Below, one piece after another: positions 25,260-38,068 of a DNA stretch of 64,000 nt. Positions within the stretch are counted from its first letter, which is position 1; each line of letters begins with the position of its first letter. Under the pieces are notes generated by a model. It ran no database searches and was not told the DNA's origin. It saw only the letters and a program-made list of their open reading frames with translations. Both the position numbers and the translations under genes were made by a program. The DNA lies in contig QPGO01000005.1 of assembly GCA_008632985.1 (NCBI GenBank), positions 517,607-581,606 on the forward strand, in the 5' to 3' direction. The stretch comes from Psammoneis japonica (lineage: Eukaryota).

Positions 25260-26465
25260 TCAATTACGCCAACTTCGTTGGCCTTGATGGGTGCGACCGT
25301 TCTGATCGCACCCATCTCCACCTCGCATCTCACGAGGCCCTCCTTGATCAAAATGGTGCAACTCCATTTGCCAGCCACCAGGAGGAGCTGCTCCAGCCGG
25401 ATTTCCACAGCCTTGGGTGTCACCGTTGGCTTGGGTGCCATTTTGATTTTGGCAATGGGATCCATTCCCTTGAGAATTCTGGGAGTTGTTGTGATTGCCG
25501 TAACCTCGGCCTCCATGTCCTCCTTGATCACCACAATTGCCACGTCCTCGACCTTGGAAGTCACCACGACCGCCTTGACCTTGGGGTCCTCTGCCTTGGC
25601 AGTTTCCTCGGCCTCCACCACGACCTCCACTGTGACCACCACGGTCGGACCTCGGTCGACGGTTTTGGCTTTCTGGATTCAAAGTGCAATCCTTCCACTT
25701 GTGGTCGTGATTCGTGTGCACCGGGCATCCAGATTCTGGATCCGTTCCACCACTGTTGCCACGAGAGCATCTTGAAGCTTGAGACGAAGCACTGTTGCTT
25801 TTCCTCTTCTTGTCCTGCTTCTTGTTGCTGCTCTTGTCAGCAAAAGATTTCTCGTTGTTCATGTGACTGATGATCTCAGCGAGAGTGTCGTTCGCTGTCG
25901 CTCGTCCTGCTCGAGCACACATCTCACGCCATGGACGAGGAAAGCTGTCGAACATCATCTTTTTCTTCTGAGCTTCATTGACTTGAGGAGCATTTCCTAG
26001 AAGTTTGTTGGAGTGCCGAATCAAGGTTTCCATGCAATCTGCACGCGCCTGTGCTTCAGATTTGAATGGTTTTTTCAAGGTCAGCAAATGTTCAATCATC
26101 GCATCACGCGCTTCATCATCACAATGAGACAAGCAAAAACGATTGATTTCCTGATCAAAACGCTCGACAGTTTTATCGGCATCATCAATTGCATTGGTCA
26201 AGTTCGCCCACTTGTCCTCTGCAGTGTCCGCAAGCACTTCCTCGAAATTTTCGAACAACTCCTCGCCAGTGGTGTGCTCCAATTTCACAGCAATTTTACG
26301 AAAACGATCCTCAACGAATGACAATGCTTCAACACCATGAGTGCCATCAAAACGCGGACACTTTTTTGTACGAGCACTACCGTCATCATACGATTGGGTC
26401 AATTTCACTTCCTCCAAGTCAGAATGCTCAAATTTAGCTTCACAGCCAATGCAAGGCTCCTTCAA
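25260..26465 (-). mobile_element. Ty3/Gypsy gag, 5'-truncated
   Basis: Upstream of pol; CPVHTNHDHKWKDC knuckle-like motif and RGG-rich tail; 5' LTR missing. Confidence 0.8.
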
Positions 26466-26728
26466 TGATCACGGTCATAATGTCCCTTCCAAGACACCAG
26501 TCGTACATTGCAAGGCTTTTGAAGACAATTCTGGAGCATTGGAGATCGCGAGATTGCCCAAGATGCGTCCTCGGACAAAACACTTCAACCTCACTCTCCA
26601 CCACTTTAAAGACCATGTTTGCAAAGGTCTCATGTCAATCCCACCAATTGATGCGGCGGATCAGATTGCAGACATTTTCACCAAACCTCTGCCACAGAAT
26701 CTCTTTGTCAAACACAGGAAATCGCTCC
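26466..26728 (+). pseudogene. Resumed Copia RNase H C-terminus
   Basis: HCKAFEDNSGALEIA..PKMRPRTKHFN...ADIFTKPL. Confidence 0.9.
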
Positions 26729-27032
26729 CCTCCACGATTCAAATCAGAGATCCAAGATTCGAACCCCGTGTGCGATGCTCAGTCTCGAATCCCACGGAAG
26801 CCGAGTCACGAATGCGATGTTTGTTCCCAGCTTCGCGCTTGTTTAACTTCGCGTTTCCTTTAGATGGCAGCTGCATCTGCTCACAAAAACTGCTCACAAT
26901 CTTTCTAATGCGCTGATTGTCACCTCTCAACTTTTGGTGCAACAAAGTTGCTGATTGATTGTTGCATCGCAATTGCAGCTTTTGGTCACTGAAAGTGCAG
27001 ACGAGTCCCAGAATTCTGGCTGCTTTCCCACA
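26729..27032 (+). repeat. 3' LTR (PPT and first about 43 bp deleted)
   Basis: Matches 15803-16106. Confidence 0.92.
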
Positions 27033-27718
27033 TGAAGCGATCGGCGGCTTGTTGCATCCAACCCAAGAGCATTGCCTTTGATGTGCTTTTCAATTTCGAC
27101 AGAATCTCATCAATTTTGGTTTCATCTGCGTCTCGCAGTGCAACAAGATCCGTCAATGTCTTTGTTCCGCCGTTTTGCAGCATTTCTTTTCTTCCCTTTC
27201 CAAGCTTGTCGAGTTCGGTCAAAGGATCGTCGCGACAAAGCTTCCCTGCTTGTCTGTTGGTCTTGGACCAAAACTGGTTGGGCTCAAGATTCTGCACCCG
27301 TTTCTTCTCTGTCACCTCTTTCGCATCCCAGTCGCTTGTTGACACGATGACTTGTTCAGCACAGTCACACATGTCAAGTCGTGCACCCGTTGGTTTTGAT
27401 TCGTCTTCCCCGCCATCACTTCCAACAGCAGGACAATCAAGCTGGTTCTGGTGGCTCATCTCTGTCTTCCAACACTGAGTCCAAAGCAACGTCAACCTCT
27501 TCAATCTCACATGCATCTTCTTCTTGGTTGTCATCACCGGTGTCATCGTTGCATGTCTGCGTTGGTGCAGGCGTCGGCGTTGCTTGTGGCGGTGGTGGTT
27601 GGGGAGGGTCATGTGATGCAACAGTTTCCTCGCTTCTTTTCCTCTTGAGCTTGTGACCAATGCCACCCCTTTTGCCGCCTTTGCCGCCTTTGCCTCTGCC
27701 TTGTTTGCCTTTCACCAT
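27033..27718 (-). mobile_element. N-terminal part of the split DDE transposase (internally deleted or frameshifted)
   Basis: Basic MVKGKQGRGKGG start; joins in frame to 14865-15759 across the TSD. Confidence 0.55.
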
Positions 27719-28687
27719 TGCAATGGCATCGATTTGTCTAACACTTAGAAGAAAGTGCCGAACCGGTCGATGCAGTGTTTCACTTTTTTAGAAAATGTGG
27801 CGCCGAAATGACACCAACACGTCATTCATTTAAACACACAAATGTGCACATGTTTTCCCGCCAAATTTTTCATTGTAAAACGAACATCATGCAATCACTG
27901 TTAAATTTGTGTACCTCATTTCTTTGATCGGCGCTAGTTCCGTGTATCTGCGGGTTGTGCAGACACACGGTTTGGACAAAAAAGCTCCACCCATTTGAGC
28001 TTTTACATGCAGGGCAATCCTTGCTCCCTGTGACCGGTGTAGATGCTCGTCTGTGACAAATGTTGTCATTCCCAAGATCTTTTCTTCCATTTGTTTGTTT
28101 TCTGTGTGCTTTAATTGCCACGTGTTTTTCGTGTAATTTCCTCAAGTGGCAACCCCACACATTGTTCTGCGTCTTTTTCACGTTGGATTTCTGATCAAAT
28201 TTTCTCCCCAATTCATTCCTGCGTGACTTGGTCAATCTTGTCAACCGCCCCCCATGAGACTCAACATGTGCCAATTTTGACTTAACAAAAATGTCGTTTC
28301 ATGACCGCAAATCTACGACCACACGAATCCACGACCACACAAACACGACGCTAGAAGAAATCCATCACCCTTTCATTCCCTGCAACACCCAAATGACATT
28401 GTCCCTCTTGCGACATGTGCAACACCACACCCGGAACATTCTGCCCAATGCCAGAATGATGCACATGTTGTTTTTTGTCTGCATCCCAACGCACACCGGT
28501 GCAACCGATCCAACACCTTTTTTGGGTGCCTGTTCTTTTTCCCAGAATGTTCTTTGTCGAATGCAAGGTACGCCGACCATGATGACATGCCCAGAACAAC
28601 ACGTTCTTTCGTGTCACTGAACAATCTCACCCCGCAATTGCTGTTGCTCTTTTTGTTCTTGGAGACGAAGGACAGGATTTTGTTGTC

Positions 28688-31600
28688 ATGTGCAACAACA
28701 ATCGTGGATTCAACCAACGCCGGCCCAATGGGGGACGTGTTGCACCCTTTGGAGGTCGGCGTGGCCATGTTTGCACTCCTCGAGTTAACAATGGTCTCAG
28801 GCATGCAGAGGGTGGTGCTGCATGGCTAGCTGCCGGTGGCCGTCATTGCAGCATTTCTGTGGCGGGTGACAACTCGGACGGTTCCGACACCTTTGTTGGC
28901 TCAGGCCACCGTGGCGGTGGCCGTGGTGGTGGACATGGTGGCCATGGTGGTGGATGTGGTGGTGGCCATGATGGTGGAAGTGGCGCAGGTGGATTGGAGG
29001 GTGCAGGGGACTTTGGACACCGCAGTGGGTGTGCCTCGGACAGTGCCGCAAGTGTTGATGCCGGCAGCCGTCACGACAGTCGTCCTGCAGCAGGTGACAA
29101 CTCTGGCCGCACTGCATCTGTTGGTGCTCCTCAACCCAACAATGATCCTAGACATGCCGAGGAAGGTGGTGGAGAGGAGGGCGCAGGGGACTTTGGATGC
29201 CGCAGTGGATGTGCCTCGGACAGTGCCGCAAGTGTTGATGCCGGCAGCCATCACGACAGTCGTCCTGCAGCAGGTGACAACTCTGGCCGCACTGCATCTG
29301 TTGGCACTCCTCAACCTGACAATGATCCTAGATGTGCCGAGGAAGGTGGTGGAGAGGAGGGCACAGGGGACTTTGGATGCCACAGTGGGTGTGCCTCGGA
29401 CAGCGCCGCAAGTGTTGACACCGGTGGCCCTCACGACAGTCGTCCTGTGGCAGGTGACAACTCTGGCCGCACTGCATCTGTTGGTGCTCCTCAACCTGAC
29501 AATGATCCTAGATGTGCCGAGGAAGGTGGTGGAGAGGAGGGCGCAGGGGACTTTGGATGCCGCAGTGGACATGCCTCGGACAGTGCCGCAAGTGTTGATG
29601 CCGGCAGCCGTCACGACAGTCGTCCTGCAGCAGGTGACAACTCTGGCCGCACTGCATCTGTTGGCACTCCTCAACCTGACAATGATCCTAGATGTGCCGA
29701 GGAAGGTGGATTGGAGGGCGCAGGGGACTTTGGACACCGCAGTGGATGTGCCTCGGACAGTGCCGCAAGTGTTGACACTGGCAGCCGTCACGACAGTCGT
29801 CCTGCAGCATGTGACAACTCTGGCCGCACTGCATCTGTTGGCACTCCTCAACCTGACAATGATCCTAGACATGCCAAGGAAGGTGGTGGAGAGGATGGTG
29901 CACATTTTAGTGGACGTGGTGGACACGGTCCAGGATGTGGTGGCGGTGGCCGTGGTGGGGGCCGTGGCGGTGGCCATGGCTTGGGCCGTGGCGGCGGCCG
30001 TGGTGGTGGCCGCAATGATCCTAGACATGCCGAGGAAGGTGGTGGAGAGGATTGTGTGCATTTTAGTGGACGTGGTGGACACGGTCCAGGACATGGTGGC
30101 GGTGGCCGTGGTGTGGGCCGTGGCGGTGGCCGTGGCTTGGGCCGTGGCAGCGGCCGTGGTGGTGGCCATGGTGGTGGCCGTCGTGGCGGTTGCCGTGGTG
30201 GTTGCCATCACGGCGGTTGCCGTGGAGTGCACTCTGGCTGTTGCCGTGGCAGATCCCATGGTTCCATCCCTCGTGTGGGACACGGAAGCTTTGGCCATGG
30301 TGGTGGACATGGTGGACATGGTGGCCGTGGTGGTTGCCGCATTGGTGGACATGGTGGCGGAGGTCGTGGTGGACATTATGGTGGAGGTCGTGGTGGCGGT
30401 GGTTTTGGCACAGAAACCAGTGTCCCTCTAGGTGGCAGTCGTTTTTTGAGCACAGGACGATCTGATGTTGCTGCACAATCTGTTCCTCCATCGGTTGCAA
30501 CGGGAACTGCATCAGCCAGCACATCCTCTCTGGATGAATCTGTGCCAAGGAGGAGGAGATCACTTGATCAACGGCCAAGTCCTTCCTCAATTGATGGGCT
30601 CGGACCCGACCACCAGCTGCCCAATGTAGAGGGGCCCAATGCAGAGAGGATTGTCAACGACGACGACGATGACGACATCGATGCCAGTTGTGACCCTCTT
30701 CAAGGTCGTCCTGTTGACGAGGCACTGGATGAAAGTAACGACGAAGGTTTTGGTGACCTGTGTTGTGCGGCAAGGGCCCGTGGATGTCAGATTCTCATTG
30801 ATGAACCCGTCCAGCCATCCTCAAGCACCTCCATTGATCACACACAGACAACCAAGCCAACGCTTCAGTGCGAGAGCATCAATGTTGCTTGTGCCGACAT
30901 GAAGAATTCTCACCGAGTGCAAACCCACCTGTTGTTTGAAATGTGCGATGAACCCATTGCCGCCTTCAAGGACAAGGACATTTCCACTCTCGGGCATCTC
31001 AGCGCTCCCGGCACCCATCATGTGTTGTCATGCGAGAGAACGGATCATGGCTTTGCAATGGCGAACAAGCTAGAGTGTTCACCCCATTTTGCTTTGGAGG
31101 ATTCAATGCTTCACAATTACAAGACGAAATGCGACAGCATGAACATTCCATGTGCCGAGGCAAATGACGGCGAGGACCAAGTGTTGAAGGAAGGCGGCAA
31201 TGTAGTCTTTGCAACGCTTGGCCAGGACACATTTAAGGACGACACAAAAGCACTTGATTTAGAATCCGTGTGGTGTGATGTCATGGTGAAGGATGATGAG
31301 TCCGATCCTCGGAAGAAGAAGGTGGCGGAATGTGGCCCAAGGGGCAACCGGGGATTTGCCGTTGGCGTTTGTGGGGACCAATGTGTCATCTATGACGACG
31401 ATGGTGTTGCGACCCCCCAATTCAAGAATGGAGCCGCCCGGCACACACCCTTGATGGTGAAGTTCAATGCACTGTGCAAGAAAGCTCACGCCAAATTCCT
31501 CCCCAGTGACAACTTTGTCGACAAAACAAGGTTTCCAACAAGAAAGCAAGACTTTGCGCAGTGGACAAACAACAACATTTCCATGGAGTTTGTTTCATGC

Positions 31601-33642
31601 AACTTTCTGTTGCATGTAAACGACAGGTCGCATCTGGGACCGGACCGAGTAAAACATCACACCGATTCACAGGGATGTCCCTTTCAAAGTAACTTGCATG
31701 ACGCCTGGGACAGCTTTGTTTGCAAAAAACTGAACATGCGGGCAACAGCAGTGACAACGGGCGGCTGGAAAAATTCCATGAAAAACTGTCATGAGCGGTT
31801 GGACACTGTTGGCAGGGCAAGTGACTGCTTGATCCATCAATGCAACTTGCTTCCACCCGAACAACGTGAAGTGTGTGATGCCACCCACTGTGATGACAAT
31901 GCATTGTTCAAGACCATGCCCGTTCATTGCGATCCATTGGTCCAAATGGCGCCGTTGTCAAACGAGGCACAGAGAATCTCAGCGGAAGTCGAGAAGGACG
32001 GTCGCACCATGTCAGGCTGCCTCCTTCTAGAAATGGCCCATTCCTTTTTTGCATGCTCAAACAATTCGCATCGGTGCGAAATGTTTCGGCGTAAGCACGT
32101 GGAGGCAATTGCTGTCATGTGCATCACTTTTGCCTCATGAACACAAACAGAGCAATTCTTGCGTGTTGGTTTTTGCATTGTTGCAGCGAGGCGACATCAA
32201 CAGCGGCCACTCAGGTTGTTCACATGCCAATGAATGCCGCAACTTCCTTGGATGTAGCTGCCCGTCTTTCGATGGGTGCCGTGACTTCAACGGTGACAAG
32301 GAGGGCGGTGTTCGATTCCAGTCGAGCCAGTCTCAACCAGATGTGGATGCAACCATCAATGATTCTTGCCGAGAGTTGAACGTGCACATGGCTCAATTCA
32401 GGAATGTGTCCATTGCCAATGCAGCGCACAGGAAGCCAATCCGGAAATTGAATTCCAAGGTGGCGGGTGTGCAAGAACTCAAATCGCAGAAGGTGGTTCT
32501 TGCTTCCTCGGTTCTTGTCTCGGAACATGACTTGAACATGCTGAACATGACTCAACCCGGCAGTGACATGGGCATGAAAAAACTCCAGTCACTTGGATTC
32601 AACATTGAAAGCAGAGAGTCCATGACAATGGCTGTCCGGAGTGTTTCTAAGAAACTCAATGTGATGGTGTCGAAAGGGGAGGAGATGGCGTGTGTCACAA
32701 CTCGCTCGAGCGGCGACAGCACACGCACGGTCACCGAGGAATGCATCATCAAAGGCACTCCAATCCCCTTTGCAAAACTGAATGACAGCGGATCACCAGA
32801 GGTGCATCTGTCATGTGGTCCCCCCCAACAAACGAGCCGAAAAGTTCAAGCGGATTCGTGTTGCTTGGAGTGTGGATCCATCGACAAATCATTGCGTGCC
32901 GACGTGGGCCCTCAACCATCATCAGGAAAGCCAAAAGCTTTGTCTGGTTGCCAGATTGCCTTCCATGAAAAACTGTGAATGGTCCATCAAACCAAAAAAC
33001 ACATCAAAGGGAAAGGAAAAGGTGGAGAGCGACGACACTGTCACCTTGATGGATTTCTATGATGCCGTTCCAGTTTTGCAAAAAATGTTGAACAAGGGAC
33101 AACACCTGGCGCTGTGTGATCCCTCAGAATTCGCAGCGAACAAGTGCTTGGGCATCGAACGAAAAACATTGGTTGAATGCATGAGAACAAAGAAGCTGCG
33201 TGACGGCAACTGGGTCGCTTCTCTGATGCTTTCGTGTGATGCACCGCGACACGTGAAGACAGCTCATTTCCCGTCGCTTCACAAAGATCACCTGCCCCCG
33301 CTTGGACTTGCAAGCAGGGAACGGGGATCACATTGCAGCAGACGCGGGGCGGTCAGTGCTCTGTTGTTGACACTGATGTTTGAAACGGATTGCGGCGATG
33401 GCAAGAGCTGGCTGTGGCATTGCCTTAGAATGTGTCGGGAATTTTTGGTCATCATGCCAACGTCACAAACGAACCCTTCGGCGGTCCGGACAGTTGCAAT
33501 GGTTTGCCGCGAGTCCACAAACAAATCCAAGGAACCGAGGGTGCATGCAAGACACTTGTCGGAGGCAGATGGAAAGGCACTTCCTCCCTTGGAAGTGGCC
33601 AAAGATAGTCATGGTAGATTGGGTGGAGTGTTTTTGACATGA
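28688..33642 (+). pseudogene. Large frameshifted ORF of unknown function (Gly/RGG-rich N-terminus with 60-aa repeats), probably TE cargo or second gene
   Basis: Overlapping ORFs 28688-32140, 32049-32978 and 32782-33642; convergent with the MULE transposase; Tyr nearly absent. Confidence 0.55.
29001..29895 (+). repeat. Tandem repeat, about 180-bp unit x5
   Basis: Units begin near 29001, 29181, 29361, 29541 and 29718 (GCAGGGGACTTTGGA). Confidence 0.95.
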
Positions 33643-33899
33643 ACCAATGTTAGATTTACATTGTTGCATCAAAACAACGTTGATCGTCCCAACTCATCCT
33701 TGCGAATGTCTTGCAAAATGGTGACAGCCGCAGAAGCAACCGGCAAAGTGCATTGAGTGCACCATGCACATGCAGCAAGGAGGTGGATCGGGGCAGTGTC
33801 GGTTTCCAAATTCCGTTGACATTCCATGGCCAACCATGTGCGAATGCAGAGTTGCATCGTGCCGAGTCTGAGTTTCATTCACAGGATGGTGAGTCGCAT

Positions 33900-36758
33900 T
33901 GCAACGTGTCTCCGTTGACGCGCACAAATCCAGAACCCTCTTTTTCTCACGACGCTCTGCTGCTTCTTTCACGGCTCTGGCATCATCTATCTGGTCCTGT
34001 CTGGACCTCTTCCCAACTGGCAACTTGGTGGTTCTAGATGGCAAGATGTCCTTGCACTGCAGCGCAGCAGAGTGCGGGCATTTTGCAGTTTTGTAAAACT
34101 CTTCACAGTCGCCCATGTACATGGTTCGCCCATCAGGCAGATGTTTCATCGTCACTTGGCACAGACCAGTGGTGAGCTTGTACAAGGCATCATGGGAGTG
34201 TTTGCACTCGCCAACGAAGTGACCCCTGAGTGCATTCTCACAATCAACAATGCGGGTGGGGTCGATTGGAGTTCCAAAAGAATCCTCCATGTTCACAAGG
34301 CAACCACCCTTGTGCGGAACAATGTCTTTTTCTAAATCCATCTCACTGATTGCCGAAACGACAGGTGGGGTGAGGGCCTTGTCCTCGTCAAGAATGTGCC
34401 AACCCTTTCCAATGGCAGAGCGCTCTTGTGTGTGGGCACACACCAACCCGGGCAACGTTTCATTGAGGGCACGGTGCATCGACATGCCTGTTGGAAGCAA
34501 ACCAACAAACTGGTTGCTTCCCTTCATTTCAAGATTCATTCTGAACAACAACAAAAAAGAAGACAGTGTGAGCGCCGGTCTAGGATGTGACGTGTTGCAT
34601 TGCAGGAACAGCAGGTGGGCGCTTGCCTTTCGTGTGAGTTGTTCTGGGGAACGCATCCAGGCTCCCCAAAGGTGGAATGGTGCCAGCGACAAAAATCTTC
34701 ACTCTCGACATGCTGAGAATCAAAAACTTCCGCAAGCTTGGTCTCTCTGGCCATTTTCCATGAATGAATGACCATCTTGGCCATTGGGTAAAAAAGGTCC
34801 CAGGTCTTGCAGCGATGGAGCTTCCTCACGTCTTTGATGGCGACGCTTGAGAGGAAGCTTTGGTCTTTTACGTGCTTTCGGCATTGTCCATTTTGATTCC
34901 TGATGAAGTCGGTTCGGAACTTTCGTGTGAGGTGTGGGCAGCAGGTTGCAAAATTGTCTTCGGGAAACAACAGTTTGAATGCGTTGCGGAAGGGGCAGGA
35001 GTGATCCGAGCACAGACCGCCGCCGAAGTGCAAGTCGTGCACACCGAACAAATCCGCTGCAGCCTTCTGCACTGCAAGGAGCAAGTGCAATGCACCCTCC
35101 TCATGCTCTGCTGTTGTGAGTGCATAACCCAAGGGCTTGAATGAGGAAGAATGACACTGCTTTCCCCCCCTTTCTCGTTTCGAATGATCCGCAACTCCAA
35201 AAACTGTGAGAATGAAATGGTTTCCGACAACGCCATGTGCACCGTCTGCGGTTCCGACTGTTTTGAAGTCAAGACCCTTGCAGTCGCATGTGTTGCGAAG
35301 CAAGCCCAGGGAGGAAAACACAACTGTGTTTTCCTTTGCAGGCAAGAACGGACCCTTGCTTCCCTTTTTCTTCTTGTGGTTGTCTTCCGCCTGTTGCTGA
35401 CACAGCAGGATCCGTTCTCGCACATTCTTTGGCAGATCGTCTGGGTCTGGGATCGGAAGACAAAACATGTCTGTGTGCGGTGCTCCCTCTTCCGAGTGTC
35501 TTTTTCCTCGGCACCCGGCTGCGTGCAGATCTTTGGCTGTCTCGTTCACATGCACCTCGGAGGAGACAACTTGTGGATCACAGGACGATGGCAAATTTAG
35601 TGCGTGGCGTCGACAAAACGAAAGCAAGTCTTGTGTGCACTTGATCTTGCCAGGTTCCGTCTCTGGTTCTTGCTTGCACGCACTGTGACATTGGTCAGTG
35701 CTTTGTGTGTTGGAGTTGAGCAAGTGACAAATCTTGTTGCTCACTTTGTCTCTTAGATCTTGGGTTGCAAACAAGGTGGCAAGAGACGGGTCATCAGAAA
35801 CAGACAGCTTGGCAACAATTTTGCGGGCGACATCCTTTGGTTTGAGGGACGGGTTGTCCTGTTTCAGCCTCTCAACATGTTGCTTCACAAGCGGCGGGAG
35901 ACCTCTCGAATTGGTAGAAAGCATGTGGTCGACCCACGTGCGATGGGCGTGGGTGGAGTGCTGTCGGAGGACTCGACATTTGCAACGATCCTTGCCCGGC
36001 AACGTGATGATCTCAGCTTTAAAGGGACAAGCCTTGTCAATCTTGCAGCTGTGTGTTGTCGTGACTGGCTGAAGTGCATCACGTCTTCGTAGAGCGGTGT
36101 TGTTGTTTCTGTCCGTCTTGGCGTCAGGGCCCAGAAAATGTTTTGCCTCATTTGCGGAAGACATGAGGTCCCCCGGGAGGAGGTCCAGGCTTGGGGCAGA
36201 TTGATGCTTTGCATCGGGAGCTGATTTTGCATCTAGGAGGCTGTCGGCTTCATCGGGACAAGTCAACTTGGGTGGAACTGCCTCCCTGCCGAGAACGAAG
36301 GATTCTCCTGAAACCCCAACGGAGGATGCTTTCTTTTCTAGAAAGTCTTCACAAACGCCGGCAAGCAGCTCGTCGCCCCTTTGTCCCGAAATGGAGGCTC
36401 CAATGCAGTGGACGCGCTCTGCGAATGCCTTTGACTGCGGAGAAAAAATGGAACAATCCTCGGTGCTGATTTTCCGAGCAACAGCTGCAAGACATGAATC
36501 TCGGACAGGACCGGGACCAACCCCTTCCGCCAAAGCCCAGACGCGGGTGGCGGGAGATGGCAGGTCACCGTCGCTAAGACCAGACATCAAAAGAGCGGTG
36601 AAAAAGAAAAACGCCATGGCAGATGTGCCAAAATGAAGGAAGCGGAACAAAAAGAGCATCATGGGGTGCCAGTGCTCAGTCGTGTGACACAAAGTTTCTC
36701 GCCAAAACCTCAGTCCCACAAGATCCGTGGGTCCCGCCAATGCCGCCAATGACAACAC
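33900..36758 (-). mobile_element. Mutator (MULE) transposase with SWIM-like finger, frameshifted near 34620
   Basis: TADGAH, SDHS..FRNAFKLLFP....TCCPHL.RK (MULE core), NNSHE, DCEEFYKTAKCPH (SWIM-like). The start is uncertain. Confidence 0.75.
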
Positions 36759-37817
36759 TCATTTCCGTTCAGGGAATCAGCTTCTTTTGCCATGAATGAG
36801 TTTGGGAAATTTGAAACAAAGTTGTTGAACAAATGTTGCCAATGCTGCCGAAAGTGGGGCAAGATCGGGGGCGGGTCGACTCGATCAATTTCAAAAAACA
36901 GGGCCGCACCAGCTGGCTTTCACAAACCCAGATTCGAGAGCGGCAGAGGCGTCCACAAGATGCGGGAGCGAAAGGAAATGCATCGCAGAGCAGGTGAGTG
37001 ACAGGCGGCGTCGATCGACCTGCACAAACATGAGCTGATCCTCCATTGTCACGTCTTTCGTTGCACAGGCCAAAAAGGAGCGGATCCCCTCCTGCAAGAA
37101 GCGTCCATCGCAGACAGTGCTTTTTCCGACCGAGGCAGCGACCCAGGATGATGATGGTGCTGAGACGACTGTGACGTGACTCCGAAGGTCAAAAGCGAGG
37201 CTCGATGAGTGAGATTGTCGGAAAGAGGGGCGGGTCTGTGTCCACTGACACTCAGACTCCTGATGCCGCCACTCGAGGAGCCGATGGAAGGGCGAGGGTG
37301 ACCGGAACATCAACCAGCAGGGTCCGTCGCCCAACCACGCAGACATTCCTCAAACATCCATGACACCGACCTGCTGTCTACAAGGATCTGCGGCGACTTC
37401 CCAGAGAGTCAAAGGGAAGGAAGATGAAGGACCTGTGGGCATGATGGGAGACCGAAGAGCGACGCCAGCACGAATGGACAGATGATTCTTGTTTGCGCTG
37501 TTGGGCATGACGGCAATGATCTGGGAAAGGCGAAGCAGGATGGAACGATCATGTGATGAAGGCACAACGTCGACGTTTGTCAGGGCCGATCAAGGTGAGA
37601 CGAGATTGCGTTTTGTTGACTTTCGTGCCCAAAAAACACCGAAAAATTGCGCTCACCGTCATGTCTGGTTGTGTTGAATCCAATTTTTGAATGTTTCCGT
37701 TGGGGTGTCTTTCGGTCATTTACGTTAAATTTTTCTTAAATGTTATAACGGCCCGTAGATACACGAATGACCACATTGTAGGGCTAGATACACATGGCGA
37801 GCGATCGGCGAGGAACC

Positions 37818-37965
37818 GAAACTGTGGAACACTTTTGAGATGCTGAACACGATTTGATTTGGACCGTTGGTATTTTAATGCATTCTACAGACATGTGGGC
37901 GTGCATTAAAATAGGTCCGGGGGTCAAAAACTCAAATGCGCGACCTGCAAGTGTTCCACAGTTTC
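37818..37965. repeat. Imperfect 148-bp palindrome/hairpin
   Basis: GAAACTGTGGAACACTT / AAGTGTTCCACAGTTTC (17 bp perfect) plus inner TATTTTAATGCA / TGCATTAAAATA. Confidence 0.85.
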
Positions 37966-38068
37966 AAAGTCATTGAAATTATCCAAAAACACGGTAGAAT
38001 GCTCCAGGACCTAAACAAATTTCATTAGGGCCCTATTGGATTTATGATGCGTCCCTTGCCGCGTAAAG

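Larger units (their letters stand above)
15760..27032 (+). mobile_element. Full-span Ty1/Copia (CoDi-type) LTR retrotransposon with a nested Gypsy
   Basis: TGTG...CACA ends, two LTRs, 5-bp TSD CAAAG/TGAAG, order gag-PR-IN-RT-RH. Confidence 0.92.

Noticed and set aside
15760..27032. ADAR-type RNA editing fixed by reverse transcription
   Set aside because: That would give A>G on one strand and matching LTRs. Here both strands are hit, the LTRs differ, and DNA transposons and a gene copy are affected.
29001..29895. CRISPR-like array
   Set aside because: Whole 180-bp units repeat in frame with no unique spacers, no cas genes and a eukaryotic context.
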